A DNA stretch of 63,208 nucleotides, filler included. It is 13 parts of 13 records of this genome, joined end to end, with 100 filler letters (N's around TTAATTAATTAA, not from the genome) between each part and the next. Parts side by side here need not be neighbours in the genome. Positions count along the whole stretch, not along the records: positions 32,033 to 45,626 come from SRR16133337_85965; positions 45,727 to 57,626 come from SRR16133337_86033; 11 more parts are not named here. One strand, 5' to 3'. The translations under genes were made by a program, and so were the position numbers. Positions 37,494-46,885 of the stretch are shown here, piece after piece (position 1 is the first letter of the stretch; each line of letters opens with the position of its first letter). Below the pieces are notes generated by a model. It was given only the letters and a program-made list of their open reading frames with translations. It did no database searches and had not been told where the DNA came from.

Positions 37494-37682
37494 GGAAACT
37501 TGTTTGGAGCGATTGGCAAAGGAAAACCCTAGTTGTGCAGCTATTTCAGGGTTGAAGCAGATTGGATTTGTTTTTTTGAAAAGAAGTTAAAAAGTGGTGA
37601 AAGATTCATTAATTTTTTAATTCAACAATTACACGATTCAACAATTAAACAAAAGAAAATAAATCATTAAATAAATACAAAC

Positions 37683-38300
37683 ATGTCTGGGTTAATAGGA
37701 AAAAAAATCGGAATGACTAGCTTATTTGATGCTGATGGGAAGAACATTCCTTGTACAGTAATCGAAGCAGGTCCTTGCGTAGTTACCCAAGTCAGAACTG
37801 AAGAAGTTGACGGTTACAAAGCGTTGCAACTAGGTTTCGATGACAAAGCAGAAAAACGCACAACAAATGCGTTAAAAGGTCACTTTAAAAAGGCTGGAAC
37901 CACTGCTAAGAAAAAAGTCGTAGAATTTCAAGGTTTTGAGGAGGAGTACAAATTAGGAGCTACTTTGACAGTAGCCCTATTTGAAGAAGGAGAATTTGTT
38001 GATGTATCAGCAATTTCTAAAGGTAAAGGATTCCAAGGAGTTGTAAAACGTCATGGATTTGCAGGAGTGGGTCAAGCAACACACGGTCAGCATAATCGTT
38101 TAAGAGCTCCAGGTTCTATCGGTGCAGCATCTTATCCAGCCAGAGTATTCAAAGGGATGCGTATGGCAGGAAGAATGGGTGGTGAAAATGTAAAAGTTCA
38201 AAACTTAAGAGTTTTAAAGGTAGTTTCTGATAAGAATTTACTTGTAGTGAAAGGATGTGTTCCAGGTCACAAAAACGCTTATATAACTATTGAGAAGTAA
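37683..38300 (+). CDS. rplC: 50S ribosomal protein L3
   Basis: [25 protein letters not shown] and [10 protein letters not shown]. Confidence 0.98.
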   Translation: MSGLIGKKIGMTSLFDADGKNIPCTVIEAGPCVVTQVRTEEVDGYKALQLGFDDKAEKRTTNALKGHFKKAGTTAKKKVVEFQGFEEEYKLGATLTVALFEEGEFVDVSAISKGKGFQGVVKRHGFAGVGQATHGQHNRLRAPGSIGAASYPARVFKGMRMAGRMGGENVKVQNLRVLKVVSDKNLLVVKGCVPGHKNAYITIEK

Positions 38301-38929
38301 TGAAAATAGCCGTTTTAGATATTACAGGAAAAGACACAGGAAGACACGCAGAGCTTTCTGATGCTATATTTGCACTAGAGCCAAACAAGCACGCTATTTA
38401 TTTAGATGTAAAGCAACATTTGGCTAATAAAAGACAAGGAACGCATAAAGCAAAAGAAAGAGCTGATATTGCCGGAAGTACAAGAAAAATCAAAAAACAA
38501 AAAGGAACAGGTACTGCTCGTGCGGGAAGTATCAAATCGCCTATTTTTAGAGGAGGAGGTAGAGTTTTTGGTCCAAGACCAAGAAGTTATGCTTTCAAAT
38601 TAAACAAAAACCAAAAACGTTTAGCACGTAAATCAGCTTTAAGCTCACAAGCTAAAGACCAAAATATAGTTGTTGTTGAAGATTTCAATTTTGATACCGT
38701 TAAAACAAAAAATTTTGTGAACATACTGAAAGCTTTTGACTTAGAAAATAAAAAATCTTTGTTTGTCTTGGGAGGTTCAAATAATAATGTATATTTGTCT
38801 TCACGAAATTTAAAGAAAACAAAGGTGCTAATTAATTCAGAGCTAAGTACTTATGAAGTTTTAAATACGAATAAATTGATTCTTTTAGAGAGTGCTTTAG
38901 AAGGAATTGAATCTAATTTAAGCAAATAG
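38300..38929 (+). CDS. rplD: 50S ribosomal protein L4
   Basis: RQGTHKAK, QKGTGTARAGS and GGGRVFGPRPR. Confidence 0.98.
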   Translation: MKIAVLDITGKDTGRHAELSDAIFALEPNKHAIYLDVKQHLANKRQGTHKAKERADIAGSTRKIKKQKGTGTARAGSIKSPIFRGGGRVFGPRPRSYAFKLNKNQKRLARKSALSSQAKDQNIVVVEDFNFDTVKTKNFVNILKAFDLENKKSLFVLGGSNNNVYLSSRNLKKTKVLINSELSTYEVLNTNKLILLESALEGIESNLSK

Positions 38930-38932
38930 AGG

Positions 38933-39223
38933 ATGAGTATTTTAATCAAACCTATTATCACGGAAAAAGCAACAAATGATAGTGAGAGTTTTAATCGCTA
39001 TGCTTTTGTTGTCGTTTTAGGAGCAAATAAAGTGGAGATCAAAAAAGTTATTGAAGCTACTTACGGAGTCTCTGTAGAGAAAGTAAGAACCATGGTATAT
39101 CCTGTTTCTAGAACCTCAAAATCTACAAAGAAAGGTGTTGTTTCAGGAAAGGTTGGGCAATACAAAAAAGCAATCGTTCAATTGTCAGATGGTGAAGCAA
39201 TTGATTTTTATAACAATATTTAA
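38933..39223 (+). CDS. rplW: 50S ribosomal protein L23
   Basis: [17 protein letters not shown] and YKKAIVQL; operon position. Confidence 0.97.
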   Translation: MSILIKPIITEKATNDSESFNRYAFVVVLGANKVEIKKVIEATYGVSVEKVRTMVYPVSRTSKSTKKGVVSGKVGQYKKAIVQLSDGEAIDFYNNI

Positions 39224-39231
39224 TTAGATCG

Positions 39232-40053
39232 ATGTCAGTTAGAAAATTAAAACCAATTACACCTGGTCAGCGTTTTAGAGTAGTCAATGGGTTCGATGCT
39301 ATTACTACGGATATTCCAGAAAAAAGTTTATTGGTTCCGAAAAAAAGATCTGGAGGTCGAAACAACACAGGGAAAATGACCATGAAGTTCATAGGTGGTG
39401 GTCATAAGAAAAAGTACCGTATTATCGATTTCAAAAGAAATAAAACAGGTGCTGCAGAAGTAAAATCTATTCAGTACGATCCAAACCGTACCGCTTTTAT
39501 TGCCTTAGTAGTATATGCTGATGGCGAAAAAAGATACGTAATTGCTCAAGAAGGTTTACAAGTTGGTCAAACAATTGAAGCAGGTTCAGGAATTGCCCCA
39601 GAAGTTGGGAATACAATGCCTTTATCTCAAATTCCTTTAGGAACTACTATTTCTTGTATAGAGTTAAGACCAGGTCAAGGGGCTGTTATGGCTCGTGGTG
39701 CTGGTTCTTTTGCTCAGTTGATGGCAAAAGAAGGCAAATATGTTACGGTAAAAATGCCCTCAGGTGAAACAAGATTGATTCTTGCTACCTGTATGGCTAC
39801 TATTGGAGTCATTTCTAACGCGGACCATCAATTACTCGTATCTGGAAAAGCAGGTAGAAGTAGATGGTTAGGAAGAAGACCTAGAACAAGACCCGTAGCG
39901 ATGAATCCAGTGGATCATCCAATGGGGGGGGGTGAAGGTAAATCTTCAGGAGGACATCCTAGATCTAAAAATGGAATTCCTGCAAAAGGATACAAAACAA
40001 GATCAAAGACCAAAACGAGTAATAAATATATTTTAGAACGTAGAAAAAAATAA
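39232..40053 (+). CDS. rplB: 50S ribosomal protein L2
   Basis: [22 protein letters not shown] and [13 protein letters not shown]. Confidence 0.99.
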   Translation: MSVRKLKPITPGQRFRVVNGFDAITTDIPEKSLLVPKKRSGGRNNTGKMTMKFIGGGHKKKYRIIDFKRNKTGAAEVKSIQYDPNRTAFIALVVYADGEKRYVIAQEGLQVGQTIEAGSGIAPEVGNTMPLSQIPLGTTISCIELRPGQGAVMARGAGSFAQLMAKEGKYVTVKMPSGETRLILATCMATIGVISNADHQLLVSGKAGRSRWLGRRPRTRPVAMNPVDHPMGGGEGKSSGGHPRSKNGIPAKGYKTRSKTKTSNKYILERRKK

Positions 40054-40061
40054 TTAAGCAT

Positions 40062-40343
40062 ATGGCACGTTCCTTAAAAAAAGGACCTTACGTATTTCAT
40101 AAACTTGAAAAAAAAGTTTTAGCCAATGTAAAGGCTACTAGTAAGTCCGTAATAAAAACTTGGTCAAGAGCAACGATGATCACACCAGATTTCGTCGGTC
40201 AAACAATAGCAGTACATAATGGGAGATCATTTGTGCCTGTTTATATAACGGAAAATATGGTAGGGCATAAGTTAGGAGAATTTTCACCAACACGTTCTTT
40301 TAGAGGACATGGTGCAGATAGAAAAAATAAAGGTAAAAAATAG
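40062..40343 (+). CDS. rpsS: 30S ribosomal protein S19
   Basis: [15 protein letters not shown] and [13 protein letters not shown]. Confidence 0.98.
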   Translation: MARSLKKGPYVFHKLEKKVLANVKATSKSVIKTWSRATMITPDFVGQTIAVHNGRSFVPVYITENMVGHKLGEFSPTRSFRGHGADRKNKGKK

Positions 40344-40348
40344 TAGGT

Positions 40349-40756
40349 ATGGGAGTTCGTAAGAAAAATAGGGCAGACCAACGTAAAGAAACTAAGAAAT
40401 CTATAGCCTTTGCAAAGTTGACCAACTGTCCTACATCACCAAGAAAAATGCGTTTGGTGGTAGATCTAATTAGAGGTTTAGAAGTTGAAAAAGCTTTACA
40501 AATCTTGAAATTTAGTTCAAAAGAAGCCGCAATCAACGTTGAGAAATTATTGCTTTCAGCGATTGCCAACTGGCAAGCTAAAAATGAAGAGGCTAGTATC
40601 GAAGAAGCGACTTTATTTGTGAAAGAAATTACTGTTGATAGTGCAGGAATGTTAAAAAGATTAAGACCCGCACCTCAAGGTCGTGCACATAGAATTAGAA
40701 AACGTTCTAATCACGTAACAATCTTGTTGGGGAATAAGAACAATGCAAGTAATTAA
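40349..40756 (+). CDS. rplV: 50S ribosomal protein L22
   Basis: [14 protein letters not shown] and [17 protein letters not shown]. Confidence 0.98.
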   Translation: MGVRKKNRADQRKETKKSIAFAKLTNCPTSPRKMRLVVDLIRGLEVEKALQILKFSSKEAAINVEKLLLSAIANWQAKNEEASIEEATLFVKEITVDSAGMLKRLRPAPQGRAHRIRKRSNHVTILLGNKNNASN

Positions 40757-40768
40757 TCATAAGTAGAA

Positions 40769-41485
40769 ATGGGACAAAAAACAAATCCAATAGGAAATCG
40801 TTTAGGAATTATCAGAGGATGGGAATCTAACTGGTATGGTGGAAAGAACTACGGAGATAAATTAGCTGAAGATAATAAAATAAGAAAGTACGTTCGTGCT
40901 CGTTTATTTAAAGCAAGTGTTTCTAGAGTTATTATTGAGCGTACGCTTAAACTTGTAACCGTTACGATTACTACTGCTAGACCTGGTATTATTATTGGGA
41001 AAGGTGGACAAGAAGTAGACAAGTTGAAAGAGGAACTTAAGAAAATTACTGGAAATGAAGTTCAAATCAATATTTTTGAAATTAAACGCCCAGAATTAGA
41101 TGCAACTCTAGTTGCGGCTAGTGTAGCACGTCAAATTGAAAATAGAATCTCTTACAAGAGAGCTATTAAAATGGCCATTGCTGCTTCTATTAGAATGAAT
41201 GCTGAAGGAATCAAGATTCAAATTTCAGGTCGTTTAAACGGAGCTGAAATGGCACGTTCAGAACATTTCAAAGAAGGAAGAATTCCTCTTTCTACCTTCA
41301 GAGCAGATATTGATTATGCACTTGTCGAAGCACATACTACTTATGGAAGGTTAGGGATTAAAGTGTGGATTATGAAAGGGGAGGTTTATGGCAAAAGAGA
41401 ATTGTCTCCATTAGTTGGTTTGTCTAAAAAACAAATGGGTAAAGGAGGTTCTTCAAAGAAACAACAACCTCGTAAAAGAAAATAA
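40769..41485 (+). CDS. rpsC: 30S ribosomal protein S3
   Basis: [24 protein letters not shown] and [12 protein letters not shown]. Confidence 0.98.
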   Translation: MGQKTNPIGNRLGIIRGWESNWYGGKNYGDKLAEDNKIRKYVRARLFKASVSRVIIERTLKLVTVTITTARPGIIIGKGGQEVDKLKEELKKITGNEVQINIFEIKRPELDATLVAASVARQIENRISYKRAIKMAIAASIRMNAEGIKIQISGRLNGAEMARSEHFKEGRIPLSTFRADIDYALVEAHTTYGRLGIKVWIMKGEVYGKRELSPLVGLSKKQMGKGGSSKKQQPRKRK

Positions 41486-41511
41486 ATTTTTTTAAAATTT
41501 AGAATTAAGAA

Positions 41512-41940
41512 ATGTTACAGCCAAAAAAAGTAAAATATCGTAAGGTACAGAAAGCGAAGGGCAATATGAAAGGATTTTCTCAAAGAGGAAACCGACTTTC
41601 TAATGGAATGTTTGGGATCAAATCCTTAGATCAAAATTTATTGACATCTCGCCAGATAGAAGCGGCTCGTATTGCGGCAACACGTTATATGAAAAGAGAA
41701 GGTCAGTTATGGATTAAAATATTTCCAGACAAACCAATTACTAAAAAGCCTTTAGAAGTACGTATGGGTAAAGGTAAAGGTTCTCCTGAGTATTTCGTTG
41801 CCCCTGTAAAACCAGGAAGAATCTTATTTGAAGTAGGAGGAGTTCCTTTTGCAGTGGCAAAAGAAGCCTTACGTTTAGCAGCACAAAAGCTTCCTGTACA
41901 AACGAAGTTTATAGTGGCTAGAGATTTTCATAACGCTTAA
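41512..41940 (+). CDS. rplP: 50S ribosomal protein L16
   Basis: RQIEAARIA and EVRMGKGKG. Confidence 0.98.
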   Translation: MLQPKKVKYRKVQKAKGNMKGFSQRGNRLSNGMFGIKSLDQNLLTSRQIEAARIAATRYMKREGQLWIKIFPDKPITKKPLEVRMGKGKGSPEYFVAPVKPGRILFEVGGVPFAVAKEALRLAAQKLPVQTKFIVARDFHNA

Positions 41941-41951
41941 TTGATAAAACA

Positions 41952-42140
41952 ATGAAACAAGCAGAAATTAAAGAACTATCAGTTGCGGAGTTACAAGAGA
42001 AATTAACAGGGTTCAAGAAAAAATACACAGATCTTAAAATAGCACATGCAGTTTCACCATTGGAAACACCTTTGCAGTTGAAAGTTATTAGAAAGACGGT
42101 TGCAAGAATTGCTACAGAAATCACTCAAAGACAGCAGTAA
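41952..42140 (+). CDS. rpmC: 50S ribosomal protein L29
   Basis: 62 aa, RKTVARIAT; operon position. Confidence 0.95.
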   Translation: MKQAEIKELSVAELQEKLTGFKKKYTDLKIAHAVSPLETPLQLKVIRKTVARIATEITQRQQ

Positions 42141-42153
42141 TCAACAAAAAAAG

Positions 42154-42411
42154 ATGGAAAAAAGAAATCTTAGAAAAGAAAGAATAGGTGTTGTATCAAG
42201 TAACAAAATGGAGAAATCTATTGTTGTTGCTGAGGTTAAGAAAGTAAAGCACCCCATGTACGGTAAATTTGTTTTGAAAACGAAAAAGTATGTGGCACAC
42301 GATGAATCAAATGATTGCAATATTGGAGATACAGTAAAGATCATGGAAACAAGACCTTTAAGTAAATCTAAACGTTGGAGATTAGTAGAAATCCTAGAAA
42401 GAGCTAAATAA
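42154..42411 (+). CDS. rpsQ: 30S ribosomal protein S17
   Basis: MEKRNLRK start at 42154, [11 protein letters not shown] and [11 protein letters not shown]. Confidence 0.97.
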   Translation: MEKRNLRKERIGVVSSNKMEKSIVVAEVKKVKHPMYGKFVLKTKKYVAHDESNDCNIGDTVKIMETRPLSKSKRWRLVEILERAK

Positions 42412-42412
42412 G

Positions 42413-42781
42413 ATGTTACAGACGGAATCAAGATTAAAAGTAGCAGACAATACGGGGGCTAAAGAAGTTTTAGTAATCCGTGTTTTAGGGGGAACAAAAA
42501 AGCGTTATGCGGCTATTGGTGATAAAATAGTAGTATCTATCAAAAGTGCCACTCCTAATGGGACTGCAAAAAAAGGACAAGTTCACAGAGCTGTTGTGGT
42601 TCGTACTAAAAAAGAAATAAGACGTAAGGACGGATCTTATATTAGATTTGATGACAATGCATGTGTTTTATTAAATACAACGGGAGAAATGACAGGTACT
42701 CGTGTATTTGGACCTGTTGCCAGAGAGCTTCGGGAGAAGCAATTCATGAAAATTGTATCCTTAGCACCTGAGGTGCTTTAA
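42413..42781 (+). CDS. rplN: 50S ribosomal protein L14
   Basis: [28 protein letters not shown] and SLAPEVL. Confidence 0.98.
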   Translation: MLQTESRLKVADNTGAKEVLVIRVLGGTKKRYAAIGDKIVVSIKSATPNGTAKKGQVHRAVVVRTKKEIRRKDGSYIRFDDNACVLLNTTGEMTGTRVFGPVARELREKQFMKIVSLAPEVL

Positions 42782-42791
42782 AATTATAAAA

Positions 42792-43525
42792 ATGGTTAAA
42801 AGTAAGATTAGTAAATCGTTAAGTATTGCATTAGTGTTTATAAGTATGCAAATATATTCACAGAAAGGCTTTGAAGTACACATAGGAACTGGGATTCCAA
42901 TGAACGATTTTGCAGGCGATATGGATGATGAGGCTAGCCCAGGAGGAGCAGCTTCGGGTTTTAATGTAGGGCTTAAGTATACTCGCAAATTAAACGATTC
43001 TGGAATTGGCGTGTTTGCAGGGATTGATTTTATGTACAATGGTTTAAAATCTGACTTCAAAGATGATTTAAAAGGTGCTTTAGAAGATAATTTTATTGAT
43101 GATTATGATATTGAATATTTAAAATTCTATAATATTCCTATTTCTGGAGGCTTCAATTATACAGCAAAAATTAATGCTAATTCTAGCTTTTTTGCTGATT
43201 TGGGAATTACGTATAACTTTTCTACAATCTCTGATTTTGTTATTGAAGTGAATACAATTTATTTTGAGGATCAATTATTTAATGTGGATTTAAAAGAAAC
43301 TCTAGAAGTTGAAGTAGAAAATACTTTGGGTTTAAATTCGGAGGAGGGTTTATGTTGAATGAAAGGTTCTCAATTGCGGTCAACTATTATGCCTTGGGCG
43401 AACATGGATTGACTTCGAAAACAAAATCTATTGATGGAGGGGTAGTAGAAAATCTCGAAGAAGAACCTAGTAATACAGACTTAAAAATAGATTTATTGAC
43501 ATTAACCCTAGGTTACAATTTTTGA
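42792..43525 (+). pseudogene. Outer-membrane beta-barrel (porin/OmpA-like, ~244 aa) gene with a -1 frame change near 43328-43337, inserted between rplN and rplX
   Basis: Signal peptide (..MQIYS|Q) and amphipathic strands. The -1 frame continues GFKFGGGFMLNERFSIAVNYY...LTLTLGYNF*, ending in a typical beta-signal. Confidence 0.75.
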
Positions 43526-43556
43526 TAAAACAAACGATTGGTAATAATATTAAAAA

Positions 43557-43865
43557 ATGGCGAAGCTAAAAATCAAAACAGGAGATACAGTAAGAGTAAT
43601 TACTGGCGATCAAAAAGGAAAAGAAGGAAAAATTGTTCGTGTTTTTATTGAAAAAAATAGAGCAATTGTAGAGGGTGTTAACTTGGTATCTAAACATACG
43701 AAGCCTAGTGCTCAAAGCCCTCAAGGAGGAATTGTAAAGAAAGAAGCTACATTACATATTTCTAATTTAATGTTACTAGAAAAAGAAAATGTTACCAGAG
43801 TGGGATATAGACTAGAGCAGGGTAAGAAAATTCGTTTTTCTAAAAAATCAGATAAAGCTATATAA
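43557..43865 (+). CDS. rplX: 50S ribosomal protein L24
   Basis: [18 protein letters not shown] and [13 protein letters not shown]. Confidence 0.97.
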   Translation: MAKLKIKTGDTVRVITGDQKGKEGKIVRVFIEKNRAIVEGVNLVSKHTKPSAQSPQGGIVKKEATLHISNLMLLEKENVTRVGYRLEQGKKIRFSKKSDKAI

Positions 43866-44419
43866 TGATGACTTATATACCGAGACTTAAAGAAGATTAC
43901 ACAAGCAGAATTATACCAACCCTTAAAGAAGAGTTTGGATATAACAATGTAATGCAAGTGCCTAAATTAGAAAAAATAGTGCTAAGCAAAGGTGTGGGTG
44001 CCGCAATTGCTGATAAAAAACAAATCGATTATGCAGTTGAAGAATTGGCGATGATTACAGGTCAAAAACCAGTAGTAACCCTCTCTAAAAAGGATATTGC
44101 AGCTTTTAAATTACGTAAAGGGATGCCAATTGGTACCAAAGTAACTTTAAGAGGTACTAAAATGTACGAATTCTTAGACAGATTAATTACGGCTTCTTTA
44201 CCCCGTGTTAGAGATTTTCGTGGAATTAAGGCCACTGGATTTGATGGAAGAGGCAATTATAACTTAGGAGTTACTGAGCAGATTATCTTTCCAGAAATAA
44301 ATATTGATAAAGTAAATAAAATAGGTGGAATGGATATTACTTTTGTAACTTCCGCAACTACTGATAAAGAAGCTAAATCATTATTAACGGAACTGGGTTT
44401 ACCATTTAAAAAAAACTAA
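43865..44419 (+). CDS. rplE: 50S ribosomal protein L5
   Basis: [28 protein letters not shown] and FDGRGNY. Confidence 0.98.
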   Translation: MMTYIPRLKEDYTSRIIPTLKEEFGYNNVMQVPKLEKIVLSKGVGAAIADKKQIDYAVEELAMITGQKPVVTLSKKDIAAFKLRKGMPIGTKVTLRGTKMYEFLDRLITASLPRVRDFRGIKATGFDGRGNYNLGVTEQIIFPEINIDKVNKIGGMDITFVTSATTDKEAKSLLTELGLPFKKN

Positions 44420-44422
44420 GAC

Positions 44423-44692
44423 ATGGCTAAAGAATCAATGAAAGCCCGTGAGGTTAAAAGAGAAAAAACAGTAGCGAAGTATGCCGCCAAAAGAAAAGCT
44501 TTAAAAGAAGCTAAAGATTATGAAGCGTTGCAAAAATTACCTAAAAATGCCTCTCCTATCCGTTTACACAATCGTTGTAAAATAACAGGAAGACCCAAGG
44601 GTTATATGCGTCAGTTTGGAATTTCTCGTGTGACGTTTCGTGAAATGGCAAACCAAGGGCTGATACCAGGAGTAAGAAAAGCAAGTTGGTAA
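44423..44692 (+). CDS. rpsN: 30S ribosomal protein S14 (89-aa zinc-independent form)
   Basis: [21 protein letters not shown] and IPGVRKASW. Confidence 0.97.
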   Translation: MAKESMKAREVKREKTVAKYAAKRKALKEAKDYEALQKLPKNASPIRLHNRCKITGRPKGYMRQFGISRVTFREMANQGLIPGVRKASW

Positions 44693-44794
44693 AATATAGG
44701 TGGTATCTTATAAGTTTATGAGATACTTACTACCAAGTAAAAAGTCCAAAACCTTTCGGCTCACAACCAGAAATAACCCGACTGTAGACAACCT

Positions 44795-45626
44795 ATGATG
44801 TTACAAAAAGGAGATAAAAAATTAATCGGTGCGTGGGCTTTTTATGATTGGGCAAATTCTGTTTATTCATTAGTTATAGGAACTGCAATTTTTCCAATTT
44901 ATTACAATAGTGTAACGGGTGGAGATGATTCTAATGTGCAATTTCTAGGAATAAATTTGAACAATGCAACCCTATATACTTATGCATTGTCTCTCTCCTT
45001 TTTCATAATCGTTTTTTTGTCACCAATACTGTCGAGTATTGCAGATTATATGGGAAATAAAAAGAAATTTATGAGGTTCTTTTGTACACTTGGTTCTGTA
45101 TCTGTACTATCCTTGTATTTTTTTACAGGCGTTGATACTTTGTGGATTGGAATCGTTTTTATGGTTTTAGCAAGTATTGGTTTTTGGGGAAGCTTGGTGT
45201 TTTACAATGCCTATCTTACAGAAGTTGCCTTTCCAGAAGATCACGATCGTGTAAGTGCCAAAGGTTTTATTTTGGGTTATATAGGTTCTGTAATTTTATT
45301 GATGATGAATCTAACCTTGCAAATGAAACCAGATTGGTTTGGGATTACTGATTCAGGGTTGCCTGCAAGAATTTCCTTTTTAATGGTGGGGGTTTGGTGG
45401 TTTGGTTTTGCACAATATACATTTATATATCTTCCTAATAATTCCTTCAATAGAAAACCTGAAAAAGATTTTATTTTCAAAGGTTTTAGAGAACTTCGAA
45501 TCGTATTGAAAGAATTAAAGGAACAAAAGGAATTAAAGGTTTTTCTGGTTTCTTTTTTTTTCTACAGTGTAGGTGTGCAGACTATTATTTTGATAGCCGC
45601 TTTGTTTGGAGATAAAGAATTAAAAT
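44795..45626 (+). CDS. MFS transporter (UMF1/Atg22-like), 3'-truncated by the contig end
   Basis: WAFYDWANS, SPILSSIADYMGNKKKF, FYNAYL and VSAKGFILGYIGS; multiple TM helices. Confidence 0.85.
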
Positions 45627-45795
45627 NNNNNNNNNNNNNNNNNNNNNNNNNNNNNNNNNNNNNNNNNNNNTTAATTAATTAANNNNNNNNNNNNNNNNNN
45701 NNNNNNNNNNNNNNNNNNNNNNNNNNGTATCACCAATCTGCAAGACTGCATGACAACAAAAAGAAAAATTAATTAAAAGAATATAGGAAGTAAGC

Positions 45796-46245
45796 ATGGC
45801 AAAATCAGAACAGACCTTTAGTAAAAAAGAAAAAGAAAAGAAACGTTTGAAAAAACGTGAAATTAAGATGAAAAAAAAGGCGGAGCGTAAAGCGAATTCT
45901 AAAGGGGGGGGACTAGAAAACATGATTGCTTACGTAGATGAGTATGGAAATTTAACAGATACTCCACCAGATCCCACAAAAAAATTAAAAATAGATCCCA
46001 AAAGTATTGAAATAGGAGTCCCTAAAAGAACTGAAGAGGATAAGGATTCTGTATACAGAGGGAAAGTAGCTTTCTTTAATGATTCAAAAGGTTTTGGTTT
46101 TATCAATGATTTAGATTCTCAGGAAAAATATTTTGTTCATGTAAATGGATTGTTAGAAGAAATTCGAGAAAATGATAAAGTATCCTTTGAATTAGAAAGG
46201 GGTATGAAAGGACTGAATGCCGTGAAAGTGAAGAAAATTAAATAA
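45796..46245 (+). CDS. Cold-shock domain protein with basic N-terminal extension (Bacteroidota type)
   Basis: GKVAFFNDSKGFGFI (RNP1) and YFVHV (RNP2). Confidence 0.9.
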   Translation: MAKSEQTFSKKEKEKKRLKKREIKMKKKAERKANSKGGGLENMIAYVDEYGNLTDTPPDPTKKLKIDPKSIEIGVPKRTEEDKDSVYRGKVAFFNDSKGFGFINDLDSQEKYFVHVNGLLEEIRENDKVSFELERGMKGLNAVKVKKIK

Positions 46246-46451
46246 AAAAATTTATAATGAATCCGTTCTTTAAGTGGAATGATAAGGGGTAAAGATTCCA
46301 CAATATGGAGGTCTTTTTTAAGGATTGTTCTATTAGAGAACAGATTTTGGCGGATACACCTACATCAAATCATTTTGAAACTTCATTATTCGTAGTAAAT
46401 CATTTATCGCATCCAAGTTTTTCAGTTGTGTGAATACTATTTTCTCCAATG

Positions 46452-46773
46452 ATCATTTGCCTTGCTTTTGTAACCCTTATCTGCCATGACTTGCTTGCGT
46501 TGTGGTTTCGGTAGCAATATGCTTTTTGTAGCCGTAAACCGATTTGCCTCTTTTCTTTACCCAACGTGCTTGGTTATCAGCATTGGGTTGTTCTACTTTT
46601 TTTAGCTGATGGTAATCCGTTTCCTTCTGTTTCTATGAATCATCTCGATCATCTTCCTGTTTATATTCTGCCAATTTATAGGTAGTGATTCCTTTGGGAT
46701 TAAAGGGACTTTCTGTTAAAGAAACATCTACTTTAGCTCCTCCTTTTAGGTTTAATTTGTGAGATGAAAGTTG
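46452..46773 (-). mobile_element. Degenerate IS5-family transposase relic (not in ORF track)
   Basis: GGAKVDVSLTESP...DDS*KQKE...DNQARWVKKRGKSVYGYKKHIAT, then out of frame VMADKGYKS. An in-frame TAG and an internal deletion separate the DDE blocks. Confidence 0.75.
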
Positions 46774-46824
46774 GCTGCGGAGTATAACTCCGAAAAGGGA
46801 TTGGGATCGGGTTATAATACCATA

Positions 46825-46854
46825 AAACCTAGCAAGTTTAAACCTGCTAGGTTT
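46825..46854. terminator. Palindrome downstream of the giant gene (terminator or Flavobacterial REP-like element)
   Basis: AAACCTAGCAAG-TTTAAA-CCTGCTAGGTTT, ~30 nt after the stop at 46886. Confidence 0.55.
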
Positions 46855-46885
46855 CTATCTACTACCTCTCACTACTTACAACAGC

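Noticed and set aside
37494-37682. rpsJ-rplC spacer with a small hairpin and short TTCAACAATTA repeats
   Set aside because: Weak structure; short A-rich spacer repeats are ordinary here and I cannot assign a function.
44423-44692. Zinc-free S14 in the core operon
   Set aside because: This is the normal form in Flavobacteriaceae.
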